NCBI GenBank assembly: GCA_964016885.1
Contig: OZ024745.1
Location: forward strand, 79,422,001 to 79,486,000
DNA: 64,000 bases
Direction: 5' to 3'
From: Eledone cirrhosa
Taxonomy: Eukaryota
Position 1 is the stretch's first letter. Each line of letters opens with the position of its first letter. Positions 1-11,910 of the stretch are shown here, piece by piece. The position numbers and the translations under genes were made by a program. Under the pieces are notes generated by a model, which saw only the letters and a program-made list of their open reading frames with translations, was not told the DNA's origin and did not search any database.

Positions 1-922
1 CTAGTGCATTCTGTAGAGTGTGAGAACATATGTAAGAGAGATGTGGGTTTCCAGTCTATCTCAGAGGTCAGTAGCCCTAATTAAGTACTGATCTGGTCTG
101 TGGTCTAATCCTTACTAGCTGGGAAAATGGATGTTAAATGAGATGATGTTTTTGTTTATCCCAAGTCAACTCTGATTGAGCAGATCTATGATCTGTATCA
201 CAACTGTGATCATTTCACCTCTCCTTTTATTTTTTTAAAGACTGTGGTGTGTGATTCGAAGGAGATTTGACTGGCTGCTATTTGTAGCAAGCTAAGCACC
301 CATGTAGAGACCCTTTCATTGGCTCATTTGTCATATCTCCAGATGATCTGGTATCTATTCTCCAGCTGCTGTGTGATTTGAAGCAATGTGGAATAAAGTG
401 TTCTATCACAAAACAGCAAAACATAAAGTGGTTAGCACTACGAAAGGCATGAAGCTGTAAAAAAACCTGCTGAAACTGGAGACCTGACCTGAATACTTGC
501 AAAATGGTGGACTCCACAAAAGGCCTTGCAGTGGTGTTAAACCAGGGTATGGGTTATATCTATCACCAAAGTGAACACCAGCATAAAAAGCTGGGACAAA
601 TTCTGCAAAGCTTCTCATTCAATGTCTAACAATTCTGTCAATCCACCGCTGGGGCTGGTACTTTATTTTATCAACCTTGAAAGAATTAAATGCAAAGTTG
701 ACTTATTAAATTCCCTTAGCAAAAAACATGAACCTACCCTTTTCTTATAAATATGCAACTTAGGGCCCAGATAAAAAGGAAAGCTTCCAATCTGGAGTCT
801 GAATAACAATATTTCTATTTGTATTTAATCTCATTAAACACATTAGCTATTGTATGTTTTATAAATGTCTTAATACATTCACTTATTTTCCTTTTTAATT
901 TTATAAATATTTATTTCTTCAG

Positions 923-1068
923 CCTCGGCCACATATATGTATGTTACCAATGGGCACCGGGAATGATTTGTCTCAGGTTTTAGGTTGGGGAGACATACCC
1001 ACTGATAATATAGAAGTCCCTAAGATTCTTGACAAGATAAATCAAGCTGCTCTTGTTGAGCTAGACAG
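923..1068 (+). CDS. DGKE: Diacylglycerol kinase epsilon-like, internal exon (catalytic domain); gene starts upstream of window
   Basis: ttcttcag acceptor, ag|gttagt donor; PRPHICMLPMGTGNDLSQVLGWG...LVELDR contains the DGK LPxGTGNDL motif. Confidence 0.9.
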
Positions 1069-1092
1069 GTTAGTAGAAGTATACTTGTGTTA

Positions 1093-2410
1093 TCATCATC
1101 CCCATTTAATGTTCATTTTCTCTTCTAGTAAGGGTTGGCCATGTCACCATGGCCAACCAATTTTCCAATTTTCGCAGGTCCTTTGCACACAGTGCATAGG
1201 CCTTGCTACCATGCAACATTGTCGTTTGTATACATGCATTATACAATCTGCTCTTCGTTTTGAGAGGAAAACTTTTAGTAGCTAGCAGCCGTAGTAGCTC
1301 CTTGAACTTTTTCCATTCTGTTCTCAGTCTGGCTACTGTATTTTCGGAACACCTACATCCACTGCTGATTTGGTCACCCAGGTAGCAGAGGCTGTCTACT
1401 GCTTCTATGGAACCCTCCAAGAATTTGATAGGGCTTGTTTCCTGTGGGTGTTTGGTGTTTACTACTCCTGGGCAACGATCACATATAACACCTGCATTCT
1501 TTACTAACCTACCTGAAGATCCCACTACATCTCTTGTGTATTCATATTTTGCATTCGAGACAGAGGATGGTATTTCTACCTACACCTTTCCTGCACACTG
1601 AGCAAGACCATTTCCCTGAGGGAATCAAGGCCTCATTTTCCCTTCTACTTACTAGGACTGTAGTCTTTGTCAGGTTGACTTAAAGACCCTTTGATTCTAG
1701 GTCATGCTTCCATCTTTGGAATTTTTTCTCTAGTTCCACCATAGATTCAGCTATAAGTGTAAGATCATCAGCATACCGAAGTTCCCATGGGCATCCGGTC
1801 TTAAACTCCTCTGTTATAGCCTTCAGGACGATAATAAACAGGAGAGGGTTAAGAACAGAGCCCTGATGAACACCCACCTGCATGCTAAATTCATTATAGT
1901 CATTGTTAATCCTAACTTTGCTGGCTGCTCCTCTATACATGGCTTGTACAGTCTTCACAAGACACTCATCTACTCTTAGTTTTCTCGGAGCCCACTAGAT
2001 TATGGTACGAGGGACTCTGTCAAAAGCTTTCTCCAGGTCAACCAATGTCAGGTAGAAGGGCTTACGTTTAGCTAAGTATGTCTCTTGCAGTTGCTTCACA
2101 AGGAAGGGTGTGTCAGTTGTACCTTTACCTGGCATAAACCCAAACTGCATTTCATCTAGGTTAACCTGGTCCCTAATCAACTGTGCTATGACTCTTTCTG
2201 TTACTTTCATGACTTGTCCATCAACTTGATGCCTCTATAGTTTTCTCTATCTAATGCATCTCCTTTACCCTTGTAGCTGTTAACAGTGATGCTGCTACAT
2301 CAATCATTTGGTATGACACCATTTAGTATTATCTGGTTTACAATATGAGTGGTTATGGTGTGACCAGATGCTTTCAGCATCCCAGTGACTATCCCTGATG
2401 GACCAGCTGC
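1093..2410 (-). mobile_element. Degenerate, 5'-truncated RTE-clade LINE in DGKE intron
   Basis: Broken ORFs with [37 protein letters not shown]; homologous to the 60848-63823 ORF. Confidence 0.85.
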
Positions 2411-3292
2411 TTTCTATATATATATATAATATATATAGTAAAAAACAAAAAGCAAAAAGAAAGAGGGCAATACGAACAGTGTTGGTATTTGGTTCACACT
2501 TGAGATTGGGGGGTAGGGGGACAACGTTCCAGGCGTGTGGATGGAGGGGGGGGGGGTGCAGAGTCGGGAGGCAGAATAGGTGTATGTGAGGATATGCACA
2601 TGTGTGTGTGTGTGTGTGTGTTTTGTGTGGTGTGGATACGTGGGAATGTATGGTTGCGTGTGTGCGAAAATGGTGTTTGTGTGTGTGTGTTCCTGAATGT
2701 TTTCCCGGTGAGTTTTGTGGCCGGATGGTGAAAAAACTGGATGTTATTGGATAGAGTCCAGAGAGAGTGACCAGCAGTGTAGGATCTGTACGCACACACA
2801 TATAAAGAGAGAGAGAGGGGGGGGGGATAACTGTACTGGACTGGTTCTTTATTTACCAGCTTTATAAGGATGAAAGGCAAAATTGACCTGGTCAGGATTT
2901 TGACTGAGAGAGCAGAGAATTGGAACAAATACTACAACTACAAAACATTATATAGTATAGTTTTCATGCTCATCATCGATTCCCTTTTGAAGCAGTGTTT
3001 TACAGCAAGTTACCCTTTCTGGTGCCAAAACTTTTAGTCACTTCTTACAGCATGCAGGGATACAGTGTACCTATTCTAAACTGGATTAACTCAAAAATAT
3101 AAAGCAATGTAAAGTCCAAATTGACAAAATGTCTTTTACATTCTTCCTTGTACAACTTACTGGATTAGCTTCACTTCATTAGCCAAAAACTTGTTAATTT
3201 TATGTAAGACACCTTGAATCATGAGATGTTTACATTCACAATTTCCATCTGAAAAACCAAACTAGAACAATTCTTTTATTTTATATTTTCAG

Positions 3293-3347
3293 ATGGAATC
3301 TTGAAATCAAACATTTTGGACACTTTCGACTGCCTTACAACAAAAGG
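3293..3347 (+). CDS. DGKE: DGKE-like internal exon
   Basis: ttttcag acceptor; phase completes LDR|W (RWNLEIKHFGHFRLPYNKR); gttact donor. Confidence 0.8.
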
Positions 3348-4261
3348 GTTACTTTTCTTTTTTTAATAATTTTTGTTGTACTTGTTTTTTTTTCTTTTTT
3401 CTATTTTTCAGTTTATTTATTTCTCTTCATTTTTTGTTCATTTTTGTTCTTTCTCATTTTTGTATTTAATATTTTATTTATCTTTCTGAAACATGAAGAA
3501 AAAGTCCAAAAGAGCCTGAAACCATGGGAGATAACTGACCCCTTCAGTGACTATTGTAGATTCTCTTGAGAAAGTGACTGTGTGGATGAAGTTGGGAGAG
3601 TGCTGTTGAGTGAAAGTAAATTTTTTGATAAGTTGATTCTAAGGCTCAGTTTCAAGTCATTTTATTTCTCTTAATTTATATTAGTTATACTCTTCAAAAA
3701 GGTATGAAAGATTTAATTTCTTTTATATAAGTTCCATGTTCAACACCTTTTCATATGTTCAGCTTTAGTGGTAATTGTAGTCTAGTGAGTTTGATGAAAA
3801 GTTGATGTTTAACTTAAATCTTTGCAAGTTGATGTCTATAGAGAAAATATAGACTGAATTTCTGAGACAGATGGAATGACGAGAAGGGGAGAAATGAGTG
3901 AATCTACGGTTGGCAATTTGTTAGCTCAGAGAAGAACTATTGTTGTAACAGTACTACCAGGTCCGTCACTGAGCCTGTTACACAGAATGGCACTGCTCCC
4001 CACCTTACTTTGCAATGGTGCAACCTCAGAATTAGAAAATAGAGTTTATAAAAAAGTCCTGAAATATGTTCCTTGAAGTCTTGACTTTACTTTTTTTCTT
4101 AAAACAAAGAATAAAAATAAATAAATTTTTTTTAAATCAAACAAAAAATTTAGGGTGTTTGTGTGTGGTAGTATTTCTGTGCTAGCATGATAAAATGTTC
4201 TGGTGGTACTGATACAACAGATCGAAAGATAATGAAATGGAGATTGAGAAAGCTATCTTGG

Positions 4262-4411
4262 TTTAGAATACGCTACTTTTTTCCTAAAATAAGTCTAAAA
4301 AATCTACCATGCGTCCTGGAGGCCGAAGGTTTATTATATTTTTCAAATTTTTGGTCAAAATTAGGGTGCGTCCTCAAGGACAAAGCGTCTTCAGTGCCGG
4401 GAAATACAGTA
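4262..4411. mobile_element. Possible Tc1/mariner (pogo/Tigger-like) MITE remnant
   Basis: Ends in ...GGGAAATACAGTA with an internal repeated GCGTC(C/T)T motif; the matching left terminus is not clear. Confidence 0.3.
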
Positions 4412-5014
4412 CTTTCTTTCTAAAATCAAGCACTCTATCATGATGCAGAAAAGAATTCTTGTATCTTCCTATCAACTAGGTACCCTGCTCCTAAAGCACA
4501 ACAAATGCAACTAAAACACCTCTGATCTAAGTAATAATGCCAATGAGATGCTTCATGACTCCTATTAACTCAGCTCATAACTATATTTGGAAATTGCAGG
4601 TATGAAGAGCTATCAACATTATCATCATCATTTAACATCCACTGTCTCTGCTATCAAGGGTTGGATGAGCCTTCACAGACTGAGTCAGTACTGAAGTGGG
4701 TCTCCTGACCTCCTAGACAGGCCGGGAGTCCACATCTCACTTACATACTGTCCCATGCTATACTAAGTGCATTTTATTGTGGCACCAATAATAGGAAGAT
4801 TGTTATGTCGTTGACACAACTGAAGGGGCCTTCCAATCCTTGTTTACAGCTAATGAAATAAGATTATGTAAGTAGGAATTAAACTGTTATTGATAAATGC
4901 TCATCAACATACCACAGTGCTTGTACTAGATGCCATTATGTTAAGCAATTAAGCCTCTCACACACACTATATTCTATTTTCTATCTCTGACTTACTTCTC
5001 TCTTGTTATTTCAG

Positions 5015-5131
5015 AAGAATATGTGTTGGAACAATTACTTTTCCATTGGAGTTGATGCTCTTGTTGCCCTGAATTTTCATCGCCAACGAGAATCATGGCC
5101 ATCCCTCCTATCAAACCGCATTGTCAACAAG
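5015..5131 (+). CDS. DGKE: DGKE-like internal exon (start of accessory domain)
   Basis: [27 protein letters not shown]...NRIVNK, the DGK NNYFSIGxDA motif; tttcag acceptor (alternative AAG 3 nt downstream), gtaggt donor. Confidence 0.92.
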
Positions 5132-6505
5132 GTAGGTGTCATTATTGCTTCAAATTATTGGAGCTTATATTTAAATTTTAGCATTAATTAATTATGTAAG
5201 TTATTTTGTTTTACTGCTGGAGCACATTTGCCTTAAAAGAGCTGCCTATGTAGAGTGGAGGGGATTCTGTAGCCTTGCAGGAGACAGGGTAATCTCTCTA
5301 GCGTTGGTATCACAATAATTGCACCCAGTACACTTGGTGAAGTTGTTGGTGATTGAATGGAGACAATGCTGGGTAGGGAAGGTTCTTTTGTATTGTCAAG
5401 GACATAACAACCTCTCTAATACTGATAAAGGATAAAATACATCCAGTACACTTTGTGAAGTAGTGGGTATTTAGAAAGCATCCAGTCATAGAAAACATGC
5501 CAAAACTGGAACAAATATTCAAGATATGGTCCTATGACACATCAAGGATAGCAGTAACTCAAAATAAGAATTGACTCAGATTAAAACACCCCATCTAATC
5601 CATGTTACCATGAAAATTAGATGTAAAAGGATGATGTGAAGAGGTGGCAGTAGTAGGTTAATTAAACCACCCACAAGACATATTTTGAGTTACCTACCAC
5701 CAAAATCCTAAATACTGCCTGGCAATCAAATTATTTCTAAGGTCACCAATGGAGAGTAAGGACTGAAATTTCCCTAATGGATTACTGCAAAAAACTGAAC
5801 TCTCACCTACTCATTTGAAAACATGTGTGACCTTCCACACCCAACAAAAGATACATTACTTATTAAATGATCACCAATACAGCTTCTGTAAAAGTAGAGC
5901 TACTGGATCCCTACTCTCCTAAGTAATTCACCAGTAAGGCGCTTGCTCTGGAGAAATTTGGTGAAAAAAATGTTGCATTCAACTGTGTAACATAGGAATC
6001 TCCTAGTAAAATTGCCTGGCCTTGGTCTTTGTCCATCGCAAATCTCTTGTTATATCACTCCAATGACATGTGCTGATTGAGCTCTTTTTGACCCACATAA
6101 TATTAACTCTGGCATCCCCCAATGTTTGGTTCTGCTCCCACTCCTCAGTGATTTACTTGCTATCTCATTCAACAATGTCTACTCTTATGTAGATGTTACT
6201 AACCTTTCGTCTCTAAACTTCCACCACTAAGTATCATCCACATTCAACTTAGATACGTCATGCCAAACCTGCTGTGAAAACTTGGGTGATGATAGGAAAG
6301 CATCCAGCTATAGAAAACCTTCCAAATAAAGGGTCAGGAGAACTCATGAACTGTGTTAGAGACATGACTACTTCCCTAGTGTTGTTGGTCTACATAATAA
6401 ACACACCCAGTACATTCTGTAAAGTGGTTGGTGATAGAAAGAGTTTATCTTTGCTTAATTTCATACATCTTTAATTGCAGTGTTTCAAAATATTGTTCTT
6501 TGTAG

Positions 6506-6577
6506 CTGTTTTATTTCATGTATGGTACAAAAGATGTTTTGGAGCGAGAATGCAACAACCTTCAGGAGAAATTGACA
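6506..6577 (+). CDS. DGKE: DGKE-like internal exon
   Basis: 72 nt, LFYFMYGTKDVLERECNNLQEKLT; ttgtag/gtaagt boundaries; YGTKD is typical of DGK epsilon. Confidence 0.9.
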
Positions 6578-6656
6578 GTAAGTATTTTTTTCTGGAATGT
6601 TCTTTACATTCAAAATGTTATTTTTATTATTGTTATCAATATTATGTCTGAGTAGG

Positions 6657-6860
6657 ACAGTGGATTGGCAGAGTCATTAGAACATTGGACAAATGCAGAA
6701 TAGTATTTGTTTTAGCACTTTACTTTCTGAGTTCAAATTCTGCGTTTCATCTTTCTGGGGTCGATAAAATATAGTACTACCCCCCCCCCCCCCCCCCCCC
6801 CGCCCATTACTGGAATGTGCCTTAATATCGTAGTCCCTTATTGAACAGCAAGGAAATAAA
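6657..6860 (+). mobile_element. tRNA-derived SINE (Meta-domain-like family), degenerate
   Basis: GGATTGGCAG...GAGTTCAAATT head and TTTCATCTTTCTGGGGTCGATAAAAT core shared with copies at 49990-50383. Confidence 0.6.
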
Positions 6861-7839
6861 AAAAGAAAACAACATATCTCCCTATGATATTTGTGGATAG
6901 CTCTCTTCAATTGTGAACAATATCTTTTTCATTGGCTGAGGTAGAGTCTATAGAATCACCTGTATAAGAAAACATATGGCAAAGAGGCTTTATCATACGT
7001 ATATATGGGTGATGAGAGGAAGAGAGACAAGTAAGTTGAGAGTGCCTGAGTGGCAGTGCCATGAGACTAATAAACTCAGAGCCGTAGAGACTTATAGTAA
7101 TGGAAGATGAGGCAATGAGAGAAGACAGCATCTCTTGGTGCCAGAGGTTGGAGAATGCTAAACCAATTAGTGGAATGGCTTTTTTCTAGATGCAGTCAAA
7201 GATACCAGTGTGAGCAACAGTAGCAGCAACATTGTGTTAAAGGTAGAAATTCTTGCTAGTAGGAATACTTGCTGCTCTATCTTAGGTTACATGCGTTGAC
7301 TGTGTCCAAGGTTTCTGATCTGATAGCACTTTCTCCCTTACTGGAAAACTGAACTTTCTACAAATTGTCTTATGACATGGTAAACATATAAAAATATAAT
7401 TGCTAAGTTGAGAGAGATTTTTGCTGGACTCAAGAGATGCTTGACTGTGTTATACTCTGGAACTGATGACCATTTTTTATTCACCAAGTGATGCATAAAT
7501 GGCTAGGCTTCTTTAGGTGTGTTTATGCATTCTGGGGAACACCGTCTTCAAAGTGGGAGGCTCTACCCAAGCCAACAAAGTGCTTCTATATGGTCACTCA
7601 ACCTGCTAGAAATAGAAGCCAAACTTTCCTTAAATCATAGCTTCTTTTAGATATTGGACAATGTAGTCCATGATATATATAAGATAAGATGGTCACAGCT
7701 GAAATGTCTTTGATCATAAGTTTGCTCTGTTGTGGATGACCTGCAGCTAAATTACAGGCTATAACAACCAAAGAAAATTAAGATATTAGTAAAAAAATAT
7801 TTAATGCTTTCTTTTTTCATTTTTCTTACTTACTCACAG

Positions 7840-7976
7840 GTTGAATTAGATGGTAAAGAAATCACTCTCCCAGAATTGGAAGGTCTTGTTATATTAAACA
7901 TCAGTAGCTGGGCTGGAGGTTGTCGCGTATGGGAAGTCAAAGCAGATGAAGAAGATGATGAATACAGACCTGCCAG
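7840..7976 (+). CDS. DGKE: DGKE-like internal exon
   Basis: VELDGKEITLPELEGLVILNISSWAGGCRVW...; cacag/gtaagt boundaries. Confidence 0.92.
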
Positions 7977-7999
7977 GTAAGTTTTTTAAATTTTGTTAG

Positions 8000-8390
8000 A
8001 TAATAATAAAAATAATAATTAAATTATTGTGTACAGTGCTCAGGTGCACTACAACTCATCAAAGGTGCATGTATAGTACATAGAATAATGTACAAATATC
8101 AGGAAACGGAACAGTGTATGAGTCATGATATATATGTGTGCGTGTGGATGGAGGGAGGATATCAAGTGTAGTGTTGGCAAATTTCAGGAAGCATGGAGGT
8201 TTTAAAGGATGCAGTGTCCCAGCACCTAACAGCTGATACAGATAGTTTGTTCCATGCTTCAGCAACTCTGAGTGTGAAAAAATGTTTGCTAAAGTCATGG
8301 GAGCTGTGCTGTTTTCTGACTTTGTAGGCATGCCCATGGGTGTTAGACACATGGAATTCAAAAAGGTGCTCAGGGTTGTTGTTGGCAAGA
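8000..8390 (-). mobile_element. CR1-like LINE 3' end
   Basis: THGHAYKVRKQHSSHDFSKHFFTLRVAEAWNKL is the typical CR1 ORF2 C-terminus, followed by a 3' UTR and (ATT)-rich tail; second copy at 17519. Confidence 0.8.
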
Positions 8391-8835
8391 GGAAGGGATA
8401 TTGCCCATGACTTTTTCAGGCCCTCTGAATCCATTGCAATTAATGCTGTTAATGTTCAATTGAAACTGTCACAACTGAGGTGCAAAAACCACTGTAGTAG
8501 TAATAGAAAAGACAGATAGAGAAGAGAAAGCACATATGTTAGCCAGAGGTTGGTGCATGTCTGTAAGTGATTTTAAATGTATACAAAGGAATGTGTATCT
8601 GGCTTAGAATAGATACACTCTGCATGTTGTAAGAAATGACTAAAAGGGGTAGTGAGAGGAAGGGCATCCAGGTATAAAACATTGCCTCAAAAATTCCTGT
8701 CCAACAATGGAAAACTCAACATGAAAACAATGATGATGATAATAAGTTTTGACTACTATCATCAATAGTGAGATTTGTATGCTATCCTATATGGAAATAA
8801 CAAAATCCCTATTATTTAGAATTTTATATTTTCAG

Positions 8836-8947
8836 CTATAATGATGAAGTGGTTGAAGTATTTGGTTTACATTCATCCTTCCATGTTGCTCAGCTTCAAG
8901 TTGGCATGATACCCCCGATTCGTATTGGACAGGCACGCCATGTAAAG
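8836..8947 (+). CDS. DGKE: DGKE-like internal exon
   Basis: YNDEVVEVFGLHSSFHVAQLQVGMIPPIRIGQARHVK; ttcag/gtaggt boundaries, phase matches previous exon. Confidence 0.92.
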
Positions 8948-10079
8948 GTAGGTGAAAGAACTCTCTTGGTTGGTAAAAAACTACTGATACTTTTCACTCA
9001 CACTATTTTCTTTCAGCTAGAATAATGAGAAAGAGAAAGAGATTGATAGAGGTGGAATGAAAGATGAATTTTTTCTTTACATTGTACATTGTATTTAACA
9101 GCAGATAAAGGAAGGCCTAGATAAGAATTAATGGACATTAGTAGCATACATCAAACTAAAAACTATATCTTTATCAATGTAAGAGTGCTGCTGACACTGC
9201 CACCACCATAACCGACAACAACAACAAACTAAACTTATGATGGGAGCTTTTAATATATGGATAAATATTTTTAAATGAGCAGTTTTGTATCATAAATCCA
9301 GGGCTGTTTCAGGCAGTTTGTTATTAAAAAGGGTTTAGAGAGAAGTACATAAATAAGACAGCTTTGGTTTCAGGTGTCAAGTCAGATTGTTGGTAAATAA
9401 ATGAAAACAGAAAAATCAAAAGAAAGGAATATTATTAAAAATGAGATAATTACAAAAGAAAATTATTGTTGAAGTACACTTTAAAATGTTTGCCAATTTG
9501 ATACAACGTAGGGTATAAAAATCCTTTAGTCTTGTTGAGGACATGACAAGCTCTCTAGTAATGGTGACGCAATAGAATGCACTCATTACAGCAGTTGGTG
9601 TTAGGAAGGGCATCCAGTTTAGAAACCATGCCAAAATTGGAAGGTATGAGCATGATGTAGTCCCTGACCCATCTAGGAGAGCTATGGCTCCAAATACAAA
9701 CTGGCTTGGACCATGATAATCTATCCAACCCATGCCAGAATAGAAAGCATATGTAAAAATGATGATGGAGATATATATAGCTAATCTGGAAAGTGGCTGT
9801 TAAACGATGATGATGATGATGACACACATATCATCATCATATAATTTTCCCTCCCCTATACTTATAACCATGAACCATGATCCAACACCCACCACTTTCA
9901 CTGTTTTCCTTTTGCAAGGAAAGAGTGCTAGTCTTCCTCTGACTCTATTACTGTTGTTGTTGTTCAAGGCTGATAAAATAAAGTACTAGTAAAATACTGG
10001 AGTCAATTTAATCAACTATCTCCTCCCTTCAAAATTGCTGGCCTTGTGCATTTGTTAGAAATAATAATTTGATTAATTT

Positions 10080-10470
10080 GATCTGACAGTGTTTCTGGTA
10101 CTTGAATTTATTGAAACTGTAAAGATGAAAGGCAAAGCTAAACTCTGGCAGTATTTGAAATCAGAACGTAAAGGGACATAACTCTATGCCACAAGCATGG
10201 TGTCCCACCCATCACTAACACTGCCAGTCCACTGCCCTTATGTCAGAAATAATGATTTCTATATTAGGCACAAGGCCAGTAATTTTGGGGGGAGGGGAAA
10301 ATCGATTAAATTGACCCCAGTGCATTGCTGGTATTTTATTTTATCGACGCTGTAAGGATGAAAGGCAAAGCTAACCATGGCAGGATTTGAACTTGGATCG
10401 TAAAGGGCCGTAACCCTATGCTATACACAATGATGTCTGATGCTCTACCAATACTATAAATTCCCCGCCC
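10080..10470 (-). mobile_element. Two tandem tRNA-derived SINE copies, antisense, in last DGKE intron
   Basis: Reverse complement of the family core (TTTATCGAC...AAGGATGAAAGGCAAAG...ATTTGAAC) occurs twice. Confidence 0.7.
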
Positions 10471-10519
10471 TCCTTATATTAGAAATAATAATAATTATTA
10501 TTATTTTCTCTATTTTCAG

Positions 10520-10633
10520 ATTATATTAAATAGCACAGCACCAATGCAAGTTGATGGTGAACCGTGGCTCCAACAACCCGCCGAGATTATTGCTACTCAT
10601 CGTACCAAAGCAGCCATGTTGTCTCTTTGCTGA
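10520..10633 (+). CDS. DGKE: DGKE-like terminal coding exon
   Basis: [24 protein letters not shown]...MLSLC-stop, containing the [12 protein letters not shown] motif; ttttcag acceptor, TGA at 10631-10633. Confidence 0.92.
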   Translation: MILNSTAPMQVDGEPWLQQPAEIIATHRTKAAMLSLC

Positions 10634-10664
10634 AGATCTTTCATTTTCACTGACAAAAAAAAAA

Positions 10665-10776
10665 TATATATATATCCTCTGTATGCTGTCTTATATCTAT
10701 CTATACATCTATATATATATATGTGTATATATATATATATATATTTCAGTGTAGAACTCTGGTATGATAGCAGAGC

Positions 10777-10832
<56 letters not shown>

Positions 10833-10870
10833 ATATATAACGTGAAAAATGGACGTTAAAAGATGATATA

Positions 10871-10941
<71 letters not shown>

Positions 10942-11042
10942 ATAAAAACAGCTACGCATATACCAATGCACATACAGACATACATTATATATATATACAC
11001 ACATATATTTATATATATATATACACATGTGCACATACACAC
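10665..11042. repeat. (TA)n/(TG)n/(CA)n microsatellite cluster after DGKE stop
   Basis: Direct inspection. Confidence 0.9.
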
Positions 11043-11582
11043 ATTAGTCTTTTTTTCGTCCTGCCTAAAAGAACAAAATACACTTTATTATTTTATCCCC
11101 GCCAAGGTTAACTTTGCCTTTCATCCTTACGGGGTCGATAAAATAAAGTACCAGTAATACACTGGGATAATTGCTGGCCTTGTGCCTAAAGTAGAAACAA
11201 TTATTTTATTTCTTTACATTTACATTTCTTATTTTGCTTATTTTCAATTTTTTTCTTCAAATTGTCTTCTGATTACTATTATAATTGTTATTATTCTTGA
11301 TTTCAGTTGTGTAACTGTTTAACAAATGTGAACTATTTCAATATTTTTTAAGCTTACGTACATATAGTGTGTAAGAAAGATTGAACAAAATCCAAGTTTT
11401 GTGTGAATTTTAAAAGGAGGTATTTTTAAAGTTTAGCTAGGAAAAAAGAGCAGGGCCCATGATCATTGCAGATCCTCCAATGAAATTGATATCATGCTAG
11501 TGTGAAAAATGGACGTTAAACGATGTTGATGATGATGGTGAGATTGATGTTGTTAATTTTCAGTTTGAACATTTATGTTTTA

Positions 11583-11910
11583 GGTGGTGAATTGGCAGAG
11601 ATGTTAGAACATTGATTAGAATGCTTTGTGATATTCGTTCCAGCATTTAGCACTCTGAGTTCAAATCTTGCTACGGTCAACTTTGTCTTTCATCCTTTTG
11701 AGGTTGATAAAAAAGTACCAGTCCAGTACTGGGTTGGTTCTATCTCTGTTTTTCACTTCGGCTCTCTCTCTCTCAAGAAGAAATCAGGCATGTTCAGACC
11801 TGGAGAGGGGATGACCCCTGCCAGGTTTAGAATACTCAAGAAATGTATGTCACAATGGGCCGCTATGATTCCATTATGTGTTACAGATCTATACATACAT
11901 ACATATAAAT
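11583..11910 (+). mobile_element. tRNA-derived SINE with a distinct 3' tail
   Basis: SINE head and core, then a tail (GAAGAAATCA..GACCTGGA..CCAGGTTT..TGTATGTCA..CTATGA.TCCATTA) also seen at 43630-43790. Confidence 0.6.

Noticed and set aside
10630-10660. CTGAAGA overlapping the DGKE stop codon
   Set aside because: No stem II or GAAA follows; chance match.
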